NCBI GenBank assembly: GCA_049968235.1
Contig: JBMFRC010000013.1
Span: forward strand, 1 to 64,000
Reading direction: 5' to 3'
DNA: 64,000 nucleotides
DNA from: Candidatus Hydrogenedens sp.
Lineage (GTDB): Bacteria > Hydrogenedentota > Hydrogenedentia > Hydrogenedentales > Hydrogenedentaceae
This document shows positions 30,026 to 39,944 of this stretch, piece by piece. How positions within the stretch are numbered: the stretch's first letter is position 1; every line of letters starts with the position of its first letter. The notes below the pieces were generated by a model, which ran no database searches, was not told where the DNA came from, and saw nothing but the letters and a program-made list of their open reading frames with translations. A program made the translations under genes and the position numbers.

Positions 30026-30820
30026 ATGGATGAATTTTTACCGACACAAATATTTGAAGTAGATGTTTTTTTGTTCTTCATCCTTGTATTGATGCGGGTA
30101 TCGGGTCTTTTTGTTTCTATGCCGATTTTAGGGTCGCAGAATGTTCCCATGATGGTTAAGGCAGGATTAGCAGGTTTAATAGCAATTATCCTTGTTTCAA
30201 CAATGTCTCCCTTACCCCAGGGGATTCCTCGTAGTTTTGGGGCATTTCTGGTTGTAGGTGCTTATGAATTTCTTATCGGTGTCGGGATAGGTTTCATTGT
30301 TACTCTGATGTTTTCGGCTGTCCAAATTGCCGGTGAAATCATGGACTTACAGAGTGGCTTTGGAATGATGAACATTTTCAATCCTGCTATGGAAACGCAG
30401 TTCCCTATTTTTGGTTTTTATCTATTTATTCTCTGGGCAATGTTTTTCTTATGGATAAATGGTCATCTGGTTGTATTACAAATATTAGGGGATAGTTATA
30501 AAACGCTTCCTATAGGCTTGATGGGGCGAATGGATAATAACTTCGGATGGGAAATAACCAAATGGGGACAAATAATGTTTATGTACGGTGTCCGTCTTGC
30601 TGGACCTATCATTGTAACAATGATATTGGCATATGCAGTTATGGGAATATTAGGTAGGGCTATTCCTCAGATACATCTTTTAGTTATTGGCTTTCCCATT
30701 ACCATTGGTTTGGGAATGATTGTTATAGGAATTTCTTTAGGTGTTTATATAGGTGTTTTCGAGGATATGGCACAGGAAATGGTTCGTGAAGTTCAACTAT
30801 TTATACGAGGTTTAGGATAG
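30026..30820 (+). CDS. fliR: Flagellar export gate protein FliR
   Basis: 264 aa and polytopic. It sits in the fliQ-fliR-flhB order. Confidence 0.8.
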   Translation: MDEFLPTQIFEVDVFLFFILVLMRVSGLFVSMPILGSQNVPMMVKAGLAGLIAIILVSTMSPLPQGIPRSFGAFLVVGAYEFLIGVGIGFIVTLMFSAVQIAGEIMDLQSGFGMMNIFNPAMETQFPIFGFYLFILWAMFFLWINGHLVVLQILGDSYKTLPIGLMGRMDNNFGWEITKWGQIMFMYGVRLAGPIIVTMILAYAVMGILGRAIPQIHLLVIGFPITIGLGMIVIGISLGVYIGVFEDMAQEMVREVQLFIRGLG

Positions 30821-30826
30821 TATCTT

Positions 30827-31945
30827 ATGCCAGAAGATGTCGGAGGTGAAAAAGTATTTCCGCCTACTCCACGAAAAAAGGAGCGGGCTCGGGAAGAAGG
30901 TAATGTAACACGAAGTCAAGAATTGACGTCTGCTATCGGCTTAAGTTCTGCTATGGTGGCATTATGGTTTATTGCACCTTTGACTTTTCAACATTTATTA
31001 AATGTAACAAAACATTACTTTGAGGAACCCTGGCAATCTATTTCTGATGCTTCTGAACTTCAATCTTTGATGCTGGAAGTTGGAATTTATATTGGGATAG
31101 GTGCTTTGCCTTATATCTTAATTATGATGTCTGCAGGTCTGGCTATTGCTTACGCACAGGTGGGCTTACTCTGGACAGGAAAACCTCTTATTCCAAAATT
31201 AAATCGAATAAATCCTATTTCCGGGTTTAATCGGTTTTTTTCTCTACGGGCTTTATACGAGTTGGGGAAAAACATTGCGAAACTGGCTCTTTTATTGGTT
31301 ATGGTTTATTATGCCCTTCGCAATCGCTGGACAGAACTCATCCTTCTTCCGAATTACTCTATCGTTGATATTTTATATGTTAGCGGTGAACTATTTCTTG
31401 CGGTATGGTGGCGTATAACTCTTGTTATGTTGGTTCTGGGTATAGCGGATTACGGATTTCAATGGTGGCAACGTGAACAGGATTTGCGTATGACAGTTCG
31501 TGAGATGCGGGAAGAAATGAAAGAGATGGAAGGAGACCCGGCAATAAAAAGACGTGTTCGTCAGATGCAACGGCAAATTGCTTATCAACGAATGTTACGA
31601 GAAGTACCCAAAGCAGATGTTATCATAACGAACCCAACAGAATTTGCTGTTGCCTTACAATACGATATGAATACAATGCCTGCACCCATCGTGATAGCGA
31701 AAGGTGCGAGACTTATAGCCGACCGAATCCGCGAAATTGCAGTTCGGCACCAGGTCCCGATTGTGCAGAAACCAGAACTTGCACGGACCTTGTATAAAAC
31801 GGTTGAGGTCGGTCAAACCGTCCCTGAAAATTTATTCCGTGCAGTGGCGGAAGTATTAGCCTTCGTATATCGCATCGACCGCAGAGAGGAAAAGCAAAAA
31901 GAGCGTCAAGAATTTTTATTAAAAGAAAACCGTAAAACAGCATAG
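30827..31945 (+). CDS. flhB: Flagellar export switch protein FlhB (autocleavage site variant NPTE)
   Basis: The N-terminus EKVFPPTPRKKERAREEGNV has four TM helices. The C-terminal domain has NPTEFAVAL at the position of the NPTH autocleavage motif. Confidence 0.85.
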   Translation: MPEDVGGEKVFPPTPRKKERAREEGNVTRSQELTSAIGLSSAMVALWFIAPLTFQHLLNVTKHYFEEPWQSISDASELQSLMLEVGIYIGIGALPYILIMMSAGLAIAYAQVGLLWTGKPLIPKLNRINPISGFNRFFSLRALYELGKNIAKLALLLVMVYYALRNRWTELILLPNYSIVDILYVSGELFLAVWWRITLVMLVLGIADYGFQWWQREQDLRMTVREMREEMKEMEGDPAIKRRVRQMQRQIAYQRMLREVPKADVIITNPTEFAVALQYDMNTMPAPIVIAKGARLIADRIREIAVRHQVPIVQKPELARTLYKTVEVGQTVPENLFRAVAEVLAFVYRIDRREEKQKERQEFLLKENRKTA

Positions 31946-31953
31946 GATAGGAT

Positions 31954-34050
31954 ATGGCGGTAGCACCGGCAACACGCGTTCAACCGACAAATCTCTGGAA
32001 TCTGGCACGCAGTCCAGACATCGCACTGGCTATCTGCGTTGTCGGAGTACTGGTAGTGCTTATTATTCCTATTCCAAAAGTACTGATGGATTTACTATTA
32101 ACATTAAATATTTCTCTTTCTGTGGTAGTGCTTTTGTCTTCCATGTATCTGCAAAGGGCAGTTGATTTTTCAATTTTCCCGTCATTATTGCTCATTCTTA
32201 CGCTATTCCGACTAAGTCTAAATGTGGCTTCAACTCGATTAATTCTAGCTCAGGCAGATGCGGGTTCGGTCATTCGTGCTTTCGGAACTTTCGTTACTTA
32301 TGGGAATATCTTTGTTGGTATTGTAATTTTTATTATACTCGTTGTTATTCAGTTTGTTGTAATTACTCGAGGAGCAACGCGTATTTCGGAAGTTGCAGCA
32401 CGGTTTACCTTAGATGCAATGCCCGGTAAACAGATGGGTGTTGACTCCGATTTAAATGCAGGACTCATAACAGAAGAACAGGCGAGACAACGGCGACATG
32501 ACATTGAGAGGGAAGCAGACTTTTATGGAGCTATGGATGGTGCTACAAAATTTGTTCGTGGCGATGCTATAGCAGGGCTTATTATTACCATCATTAATAT
32601 CTCCGTAGGGCTTGTCATTGGCGTGTTAATGAACGGTATGTCTTTAGCCGATGCGGCTCGGATATATACACAACTCACTATTGGTGATGGTCTGGTTTCG
32701 CAAATTCCTGCGTTGATGATTTCTACCGCAGCAGGTCTGGTTGTTACACGCACCGTGTCAGAAGAAACCAGTTTAGGTGCAGATTTTACTATTCAATTCA
32801 GTCGTTATCCACGAGCATTAGCCGTCTCTGCAGGTTTATTAGCACTTTTCGGTATCGTACCCGGTATGCCTTTTGGTCCGTTTATTATAGTTGCATTTGT
32901 GCTTGGATTTATTGCATATATGTCCGTTCAGGTCCAAAGAGAAAAAGAAGCAAAAGCAAAACAAGAAGAGGAACTTACTAAAAAGGCAAAAGAGAAACCA
33001 GAAAGTCCCACAGAACGAGCGGAAGCATTATTAACTATCGACCCCATTAAGGTTGAATTGGGTTTTGCTCTTATAAAATTAGCAGACCGCTCTCAAGGAG
33101 GAGATTTGCTATCTCGCGTTCAAAAAATTCGTGAGCAGATGGCATTGCAAATGGGCTTTGTTGTTCCTGTTGTTCGCATTGTAGACAATCTTCTATTGAA
33201 GCCCAATCAATATAGTATTAAAATTCGTGAAGCAACGGTAGGTTCCTATGAATTACTTCCCGACCATTACCTCGCTATGAATCCCGGAATTGTTGATAAG
33301 AATATACAGGGGATTGAGACAACGGAACCGGCTTTTGGGCTTCCGGCACTATGGGTCCCTGCAAGTCAGAAAGAACAGGCAGAAAGTGCGGGATATACCG
33401 TGGTAGAACCGTCTGCGGTGCTGGCAACACACCTTTCTGAAATTCTTTCTACCCATGCCGGGGAATTGTTAACCCGTGAAGAAGTGCAACGATTGTTAAA
33501 ACTATTAAAACAGACTTCCCCCACTGTGGTCGATGAACTTATACCGAACATTCTCTCATATGGTGAAGTTCAGAAGGTATTGCAAAATTTACTTCGTGAA
33601 CGAGTGTCTATTCGTAATCTCGAAGTTATATGTGAGGTTTTGTGTGATTATGGTCCGAGGACCAAAGATACCGATGTATTAACGGAGTATGTTCGTCATG
33701 CACTGGCGAGAACCATTTGTGCACCGCTTGTAGATGAAAACAATACACTGCGAATTGTTACGCTTTCTCCTGCATTGGAGCAGGAAATATTAGATGCTGT
33801 AAAAAGAAGTGAAGGAGGTGAATATGTCCCTGTTTCGCCTCAGCGTTCACAACAGATTTGTGAAAATACAGCTAAAACTATTCAGCGTCTTGTGTTGGAA
33901 GGGTACGAACCTATCGTAGTTTGCACGGCTAATGTGCGCCGGTTTCTATACCGAATTTTAGAACGAAAATTACCTAAAGTTCGTGTTCTTTCGTATAATG
34001 AGATAGATAGCTCAGTTAAAGTCGAGATTGAAGGACAAATCGAAGTCTAA
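31954..34050 (+). CDS. flhA: Flagellar export apparatus protein FlhA (FHIPEP family)
   Basis: 698 aa with an N-terminal TM region and a large cytoplasmic domain. The FHIPEP signature region RGDAIAGLIITIINI is present. Confidence 0.9.
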   Translation: MAVAPATRVQPTNLWNLARSPDIALAICVVGVLVVLIIPIPKVLMDLLLTLNISLSVVVLLSSMYLQRAVDFSIFPSLLLILTLFRLSLNVASTRLILAQADAGSVIRAFGTFVTYGNIFVGIVIFIILVVIQFVVITRGATRISEVAARFTLDAMPGKQMGVDSDLNAGLITEEQARQRRHDIEREADFYGAMDGATKFVRGDAIAGLIITIINISVGLVIGVLMNGMSLADAARIYTQLTIGDGLVSQIPALMISTAAGLVVTRTVSEETSLGADFTIQFSRYPRALAVSAGLLALFGIVPGMPFGPFIIVAFVLGFIAYMSVQVQREKEAKAKQEEELTKKAKEKPESPTERAEALLTIDPIKVELGFALIKLADRSQGGDLLSRVQKIREQMALQMGFVVPVVRIVDNLLLKPNQYSIKIREATVGSYELLPDHYLAMNPGIVDKNIQGIETTEPAFGLPALWVPASQKEQAESAGYTVVEPSAVLATHLSEILSTHAGELLTREEVQRLLKLLKQTSPTVVDELIPNILSYGEVQKVLQNLLRERVSIRNLEVICEVLCDYGPRTKDTDVLTEYVRHALARTICAPLVDENNTLRIVTLSPALEQEILDAVKRSEGGEYVPVSPQRSQQICENTAKTIQRLVLEGYEPIVVCTANVRRFLYRILERKLPKVRVLSYNEIDSSVKVEIEGQIEV

Positions 34051-35363
34051 TGGGAAATAAATTTTTAAAAATACGATGCAAACATTTAAGTGAGGTAGCC
34101 AACAAGATACATGAATTGTTCGGTCCACACGCCATCGTTGTTGGAACACAGGAAGTATATGAAAAAGGGATACGAGGCTGGTTCGGACAAAAAACTTATG
34201 AGGTAACTGTTTCCATACCGGAAACAAATGCGACAGAGGAACGAAAAAAATCTGTTATTGAAAAGAAATATCTCGAACATTCCGCTTCACCTGTTGTAGA
34301 GGATGAAACAAAGAAGAAAAAAATTGAAGAATTTGAGCGTATCATTCGTGAGACACAACAGCGATTGAAACAAAAACCTATCACGGAAGGGGAAAGCATA
34401 ATTCCCCAGAAAGCAAAGGTTTCCGGCGAAACAGAAACACCTGTGCTTCCTTTCCCTAAAGAAAAATTACGAGAAGCACCTCCTCGAGAAGATATTGTAA
34501 AAGCATTACGAGAGATTAGGGAACTCTTACAGGTTATGTCCGTAGAAACTGCACCAACAGGAATACCTAATGAAACAATTCCCTTTTATAAAGACCTTGT
34601 CCAGCAGGGAATGTCTAAACGGTTATCTGCCGATTTGATACATACTGTCCTACAAAATATGAGTCCGGAACATGCACGCGACCCAAAAATATTTATTGAA
34701 CGCCTGGCTCTGGAATTAAGAAAACGAATTGTTACCACCAACGGTATTCCGGTTTGTAGCGGTGTCCCACGATGGATTGTCTTTTGTGGTCCTACAGGCG
34801 TCGGGAAAACCACATCCCTTGCAAAAATATCCGCTCACTTTGCCATTCATGAAAAAGTGCGTGTAGCCCTTGCCTCCACAGATACCTATCGTGTTGGGGC
34901 AACCGAACAACTTAAAATTTACGCACAAATAATTGGTGTCCCTCTAAAAATTATTGATGACAAGAAAACCGCATGGGAAACAATGCAGGAATACTCAAAA
35001 TATGACCTGATATTTTTAGACACCGCCGGCAATAGTCCTTTCAATACACGACAAGTAAAGGAACTTCGCGAGATATTACAGATAATAAAACCCTATGAGA
35101 CGATTCTTGTCCTGGGAGCACATACACCCTTAGAAGATTTGAGATACAGTGTTGCCGGTTTTTCTTCTCTCAATCCGACAAGTCTCGTTTTTACAAAACT
35201 GGATGAAACACGCCGTTTCGGCTCTATGTTAAGTTTAATTTTAGAAACAGGCTTGCCTGTGAGTTACCTTACACATGGACAAAATGTTCCGGATGATTTT
35301 ACTCTGGCAACTCCGGGCGGAATTGTTGAATTACTAATAGAAGGGAAAAGAAATCGTGGCTGA
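34050..35363 (+). CDS. flhF: Flagellar biosynthesis GTPase FlhF (SRP-like)
   Basis: The C-terminal NG domain has G1 CGPTGVGKTT, G3 DTAG and a TKLDE motif. The start overlaps the flhA stop by 1 nt. Confidence 0.8.
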   Translation: MGNKFLKIRCKHLSEVANKIHELFGPHAIVVGTQEVYEKGIRGWFGQKTYEVTVSIPETNATEERKKSVIEKKYLEHSASPVVEDETKKKKIEEFERIIRETQQRLKQKPITEGESIIPQKAKVSGETETPVLPFPKEKLREAPPREDIVKALREIRELLQVMSVETAPTGIPNETIPFYKDLVQQGMSKRLSADLIHTVLQNMSPEHARDPKIFIERLALELRKRIVTTNGIPVCSGVPRWIVFCGPTGVGKTTSLAKISAHFAIHEKVRVALASTDTYRVGATEQLKIYAQIIGVPLKIIDDKKTAWETMQEYSKYDLIFLDTAGNSPFNTRQVKELREILQIIKPYETILVLGAHTPLEDLRYSVAGFSSLNPTSLVFTKLDETRRFGSMLSLILETGLPVSYLTHGQNVPDDFTLATPGGIVELLIEGKRNRG

Positions 35364-36228
35364 CCAGGCAGAAAAATTAAGGAAATTAGCAGGACAAACA
35401 AAAAAACAATGTCGTGTCATTGCCATTACCAGCGGTAAAGGCGGTGTTGGGAAAACCAGTGTCAGTGTGAATCTGGCTCTGGCTCTGGCAACACAGGGAG
35501 CCCGTGTCGTTCTTGTGGATACCGATTTGGGGTTGGGCAATGTCGAGGTTTTAATGGGTCTGCACTCGTTTTACAATCTGGCTCATGTAATTGAAGGGAC
35601 AAAAACCTTAGAAGAAGTAGTCATAAAAGCACCCTTAGGGCTGGAAGTAGTACCAGGTTCGTCGGGACTATCCCGCATTGCAGACCTTGTGGACCGTGAC
35701 CGTGAACGATTAGTCGAAGCACTAATGTCCCTTTGTGAACGAAGTGATTTCTTGCTTTTAGACACCATGGCAGGAATTGGGAAAAATACCGTTTCATTTT
35801 GCACCTCTGCTGATGAGGTGCTGTTAGTAACCACACCCGAACCCTCTTCGATTGTAGACGCTTACGCTATGCTAAAAACTATCCATTATCAGAGAAGCGA
35901 TGCCGTTATAAAGTTGATTGTAAATATGGTACTGAACTCTGCACAGGCACAAGCAGTAGCAACTAAATTAACAAATGTGGCACAACAATATTTAGGGCGT
36001 GGTTTAATCTATCTCGGACATATTGTTCGTGATACTCATGTCAACCAATCCATTATGCAAAGTCAGCCCTTCTTTATTGCCTATCCAAATGCCTCTGCAA
36101 GTCGTTGTGTTGAAGCAGTATCACAACGACTATTCTATCAAGCACCTGCTATAGAACCTAAAAAGAAATTGGGGTTCATGAAACGATTAGCACAGAACTT
36201 CGGCTGGGTTGTAGGTGGCGAAATATAG
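35356..36228 (+). CDS. flhG: Flagellar number regulator FlhG/FleN (MinD-like ATPase)
   Basis: A deviant Walker A SGKGGVGKTS is present. The N-terminal MADQAEKLRKL matches the DQAxxLR FlhF-activating helix. GTG start. Confidence 0.8.
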   Translation: MADQAEKLRKLAGQTKKQCRVIAITSGKGGVGKTSVSVNLALALATQGARVVLVDTDLGLGNVEVLMGLHSFYNLAHVIEGTKTLEEVVIKAPLGLEVVPGSSGLSRIADLVDRDRERLVEALMSLCERSDFLLLDTMAGIGKNTVSFCTSADEVLLVTTPEPSSIVDAYAMLKTIHYQRSDAVIKLIVNMVLNSAQAQAVATKLTNVAQQYLGRGLIYLGHIVRDTHVNQSIMQSQPFFIAYPNASASRCVEAVSQRLFYQAPAIEPKKKLGFMKRLAQNFGWVVGGEI

Positions 36229-36279
36229 AAGATCTGCTATCATAAAAAATCATGCACATAACAGGAAAGGATAGTTTTA

Positions 36280-37764
36280 ATGAAACGGTATTTTATTCGG
36301 CTCATTCAGATAACTTTAATTTTTATATTGATATTGGTTTTTATTATTCTCTTTAAAACAGAACAGGCACGATGGAAAAGAGCCATTCCTGTCCGTGAAA
36401 AAGAACCTCTTTCTTTAGCCCATAAACAGGAATATGCCTATCGTCTGGCTAAGGCACTTACATTTAAAACAATTTCATATCAGGAGGAACAGAATAATAA
36501 TTGGGATGAATATAAAAATTTTATCCATTACCTCGAAGAAACATTTCCACAGGTCCATTCAACCTTAAAAAAGGACATCGTTAACAAATATAGCCTATTA
36601 TTTACCTGGGAGGGAAAAAAACCATCACTTCCACCTGCATTGTTTTTAGCCCATTATGATGTGGTCCCCGTAGAAGAAGGAACAGAAAATCAATGGAAAT
36701 ATCCTCCTTTCGGTGGCATAGTTGCTGAGGAATATATCTGGGGACGAGGGGCAATTGATATGAAGTGTAATGTTATCGCTTTATTGGAAAGTGTGAATTA
36801 CTGGATTCAACAGGGCTATCAACCCGAAAGGACATTATTGTTCGCCTTCGGACATGATGAAGAAGTAGGAGGAAGAAACGGTGCCCAAAAAATAGCCGAA
36901 TTCCTGAAAGAACGAGGCATATCGCCGGAATTTAGTTTGGATGAAGGCATGGCAATTAATGAAGGAATTATTCCAGGAATAAACGGACCTGTCGCTCTTA
37001 TTGGCATTGCAGAAAAAGGGTATCTATCTCTGCAACTATCTGTGTCCACACAGGGGGGACATTCCTCTGCTCCATCGGCTGAAAGTTCTATAGGGATTCT
37101 TGCCTCCGCTATATGTAAGATAGAACAAAACCGTATGCCTGCAAAATTAGTAGGACCTATTCGCTGGATGTTTGAAGACCTTTCCCCTTATATGAATTTC
37201 CCTATGCGTATGGTATGTTCCAATCTATGGTTATTTGATAGATTAATGACGCATGTCTTTGCAAGAATTCCCAGCGCCAATTCCGCAATTCGAACCACTT
37301 TCGCACCCACACTTTTCCACGCCGGTGAAAAAGAAAATGTTCTCCCCACGAATGCCTATGCTGTCGTCAATATTCGTATGCTCCCCGGTGATACCACCGA
37401 AAAAGTAACCGATTATACTCGTAAAGTGGTAAACGATAAGAGAATAGAAATAAAACAATTTTCACCTGAAAAAACCGATGAAGCCAGTCCTATATCCGAC
37501 AGAAATGCAGAAGGATATAAAACCATTGTAAAAACCATTCATGAAGTATGGGGAGATATCCCTGTTGCTAGTGCTTTAACCTTAGCAGGAACTGATTCTG
37601 TAAATTATGTTGGCGTGGTAAAAAATCTATATCGATTCCAGCCATTTAAGTTTACAAAAGAAGATATAAAACTTATTCATGCAACCAATGAACGCCTTCA
37701 TATAGATAATTATATGAACGGAATAGAATTTTTTATCCGTCTCTTAAAAAATGTCGGTAAGTAA
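36280..37764 (+). CDS. M20/M28-family metallopeptidase (carboxypeptidase / desuccinylase-like), N-terminally membrane-anchored
   Basis: AHYDVVP ... FAFGHDEEVGGRNGA and later GHSS match the M20 metal-binding motifs. Confidence 0.7.
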   Translation: MKRYFIRLIQITLIFILILVFIILFKTEQARWKRAIPVREKEPLSLAHKQEYAYRLAKALTFKTISYQEEQNNNWDEYKNFIHYLEETFPQVHSTLKKDIVNKYSLLFTWEGKKPSLPPALFLAHYDVVPVEEGTENQWKYPPFGGIVAEEYIWGRGAIDMKCNVIALLESVNYWIQQGYQPERTLLFAFGHDEEVGGRNGAQKIAEFLKERGISPEFSLDEGMAINEGIIPGINGPVALIGIAEKGYLSLQLSVSTQGGHSSAPSAESSIGILASAICKIEQNRMPAKLVGPIRWMFEDLSPYMNFPMRMVCSNLWLFDRLMTHVFARIPSANSAIRTTFAPTLFHAGEKENVLPTNAYAVVNIRMLPGDTTEKVTDYTRKVVNDKRIEIKQFSPEKTDEASPISDRNAEGYKTIVKTIHEVWGDIPVASALTLAGTDSVNYVGVVKNLYRFQPFKFTKEDIKLIHATNERLHIDNYMNGIEFFIRLLKNVGK

Positions 37765-37881
37765 TTTTATACATTTCTACAAATTGAATTATTCAATGGG
37801 TTACTTTCATATTTGCATAGTCCACCACCATTCAGTAAAATGTTAAATCGAAAAGAAATAAACACAATAAGGAGAAATGTT

Positions 37882-39372
37882 ATGAAATATTTCTTGAACA
37901 AACAAAACCCGATGTTATTTTCTATTTCTTTGTTTTGTATTACAGTTCTGACACTAACTGCTTCCGCGAAGAATCTCGCAGAAGGTCTTGCTGATGTTAA
38001 GAATCATACCGCACACCGCATATCCAGTTATGACCGCACAGGTGGCAATGCGGATGGAATGCAGGAAAAACCCATTGCAATAGGTGAAACAAGAACATTA
38101 GCAAAAATTGAAGGGGCGGGAGCCATTACTCATATCTGGGTTACCATTTCAAGTAAGGATAAATACCACTTAAAAAATTTGGTATTGCGTATGTATTGGG
38201 ATGATGAGACAACGCCTTCTGTGGAATCGCCTATTGGCGACTTCTTCGGACTTGGACACGGGCAATACTATACATTTAGCAGTTTTCCTATTCAGATTGG
38301 AACATCTAACGCACTCAATTGCTTCTGGTATATGCCCTTCGCAAAAGGAGCTCTTATTACTATCACCAATGAGGGGACCGATGTATGCGGTGCTTTTTAT
38401 TATTACATTGATTACAATGAATACGAATCTATTGATACACCTCTTCGTTTCCACGCACATTACAGACAGGAATATCCCTGCACGGAAGGTAAAAATTATA
38501 CTTTCCTCGAAGCACAAGGGATGGGACATTATGTTGGTGTGAGTTTATCCATTCACAATCGTGCCGATGGTTGGTGGGGGGAAGGCGATGATATGTTTTT
38601 TGTTGATGGTGAAAAAGAGCCCTCCTTGCATGGAACAGGTTCGGAGGATTATTTCTGCGGAGCATGGTGTTATGGTCCTGCTTTCAGTTATCTGTTCTTT
38701 GGCTGCCCTCTTCGTGGGGAACATAAAAAAGGCGAGAAATGGAATGTGTATCGTTTCCATATACTCGACCCTATTCCTTTCAAAAAGTCCATCGTCGTAA
38801 ATATAGAACATGGACATGCCAATGACCGCTCTGATGATTTCAGTTCAGTAGCCTACTGGTATCAAACGGAACCGCATGTTCCCTTTGAACCGTTACCTCC
38901 TGCAGAAAAAAGGCTTCCGGAAAAAGTGGCTTCTCAGGCAATACATTTTGAGCCCGGTGCTTTTGAGTTAGAAGGGGGATTGGTCGCTTTCCAGAATGCC
39001 GATAATACAGTTGTAGAACAGGATTTAAGCGGTTTTGGAAATGAATGGAGCAATAACAAACAATTATGGTTTACACCGGAAGGTCCTAAAAATTACTCTA
39101 CAACGGTAGATGTCCCTTCGGACATGGCAGGAGAGAAGAAAGTAACACTCTGGTACACCAAAGCACCGGATTACGGACAAGTTCAATTGTGGGTTAACCA
39201 GCAAAAAGTGGCAGAATGGGATGGTTATAATGAAGGGAAAGTAGTTCGTGCATCTATTCAGTTTCCCGTAAAATTAGTAGAAGGTCCAAATATCCTTGAA
39301 TTGAGAATCGTTGGTAAGAACGAAAAATCTACCAATTATATGGCAGGTTTGGATTGCATTAAAGTTGAATAA
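37882..39372 (+). CDS. DUF2961 / glycoside hydrolase family 172 protein, secreted
   Basis: A signal peptide follows the ATG at 37882, with an RBS aaggag. The hallmark HGTGSEDYF motif is present. There is a C-terminal beta-sandwich-like tail. Confidence 0.65.
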   Translation: MKYFLNKQNPMLFSISLFCITVLTLTASAKNLAEGLADVKNHTAHRISSYDRTGGNADGMQEKPIAIGETRTLAKIEGAGAITHIWVTISSKDKYHLKNLVLRMYWDDETTPSVESPIGDFFGLGHGQYYTFSSFPIQIGTSNALNCFWYMPFAKGALITITNEGTDVCGAFYYYIDYNEYESIDTPLRFHAHYRQEYPCTEGKNYTFLEAQGMGHYVGVSLSIHNRADGWWGEGDDMFFVDGEKEPSLHGTGSEDYFCGAWCYGPAFSYLFFGCPLRGEHKKGEKWNVYRFHILDPIPFKKSIVVNIEHGHANDRSDDFSSVAYWYQTEPHVPFEPLPPAEKRLPEKVASQAIHFEPGAFELEGGLVAFQNADNTVVEQDLSGFGNEWSNNKQLWFTPEGPKNYSTTVDVPSDMAGEKKVTLWYTKAPDYGQVQLWVNQQKVAEWDGYNEGKVVRASIQFPVKLVEGPNILELRIVGKNEKSTNYMAGLDCIKVE

Positions 39373-39460
39373 TTTAAATTAAAAAGGTATTTTTTCATTC
39401 TTTTAGGGAAGATGCCCACTTCCTTTTACATGAATAATATGCTCTAATGAGGTTATTTCC

Positions 39461-39922
39461 ATGAGTAAAAAAAGGATAGTTGTTGCTGGTGGTGTAGTTG
39501 TTGATACACAAAATAGGGTACTTCTATTAGAGCGTAATGTAGTTAGAAATAATAAATATATAAATGAGATACGTTTACCTAAAGGACATGTAGATAAGGG
39601 AGAAACACATGAAAAATGTGCCTGTAGAGAAGTAGGCGAAGAAAGCGGGTATTGGGAAACCGAGATTATTGCCGATTTAGGATACGACCTGAGTAAATTT
39701 AAATATCAAGGTAAAAATATTATACGAATTGAGCATTATTTTCTTATGAAAACAGAACCTGACAATAAAGGAAATCCCTCACCTATGGGGGACGAGGAAG
39801 CCCTTTTCCATACTATCTGGGTCCCCTTAGATACAGCAGAAGCGATGATGACTTACCCATCGGAAAGACACTTCATCCGTCGTGCCAAAGAATGGCTAAA
39901 AAGTCAGACCAGAAAAGTCTGA
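39461..39922 (+). CDS. NUDIX hydrolase
   Basis: The Nudix box GHVDKGETHEKCACREVGEESGY matches GX5EX7REUXEEXGU. Confidence 0.8.
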   Translation: MSKKRIVVAGGVVVDTQNRVLLLERNVVRNNKYINEIRLPKGHVDKGETHEKCACREVGEESGYWETEIIADLGYDLSKFKYQGKNIIRIEHYFLMKTEPDNKGNPSPMGDEEALFHTIWVPLDTAEAMMTYPSERHFIRRAKEWLKSQTRKV

Positions 39923-39944
39923 ACTGTCCTATCTGTTCGAACCA

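Noticed and set aside
39404-39426. Possible terminator ggaag-atgccca-cttcc-tttt after the GH172 gene
   Set aside because: The stem is only 5 bp, with a short T-run. It is too weak to call confidently.
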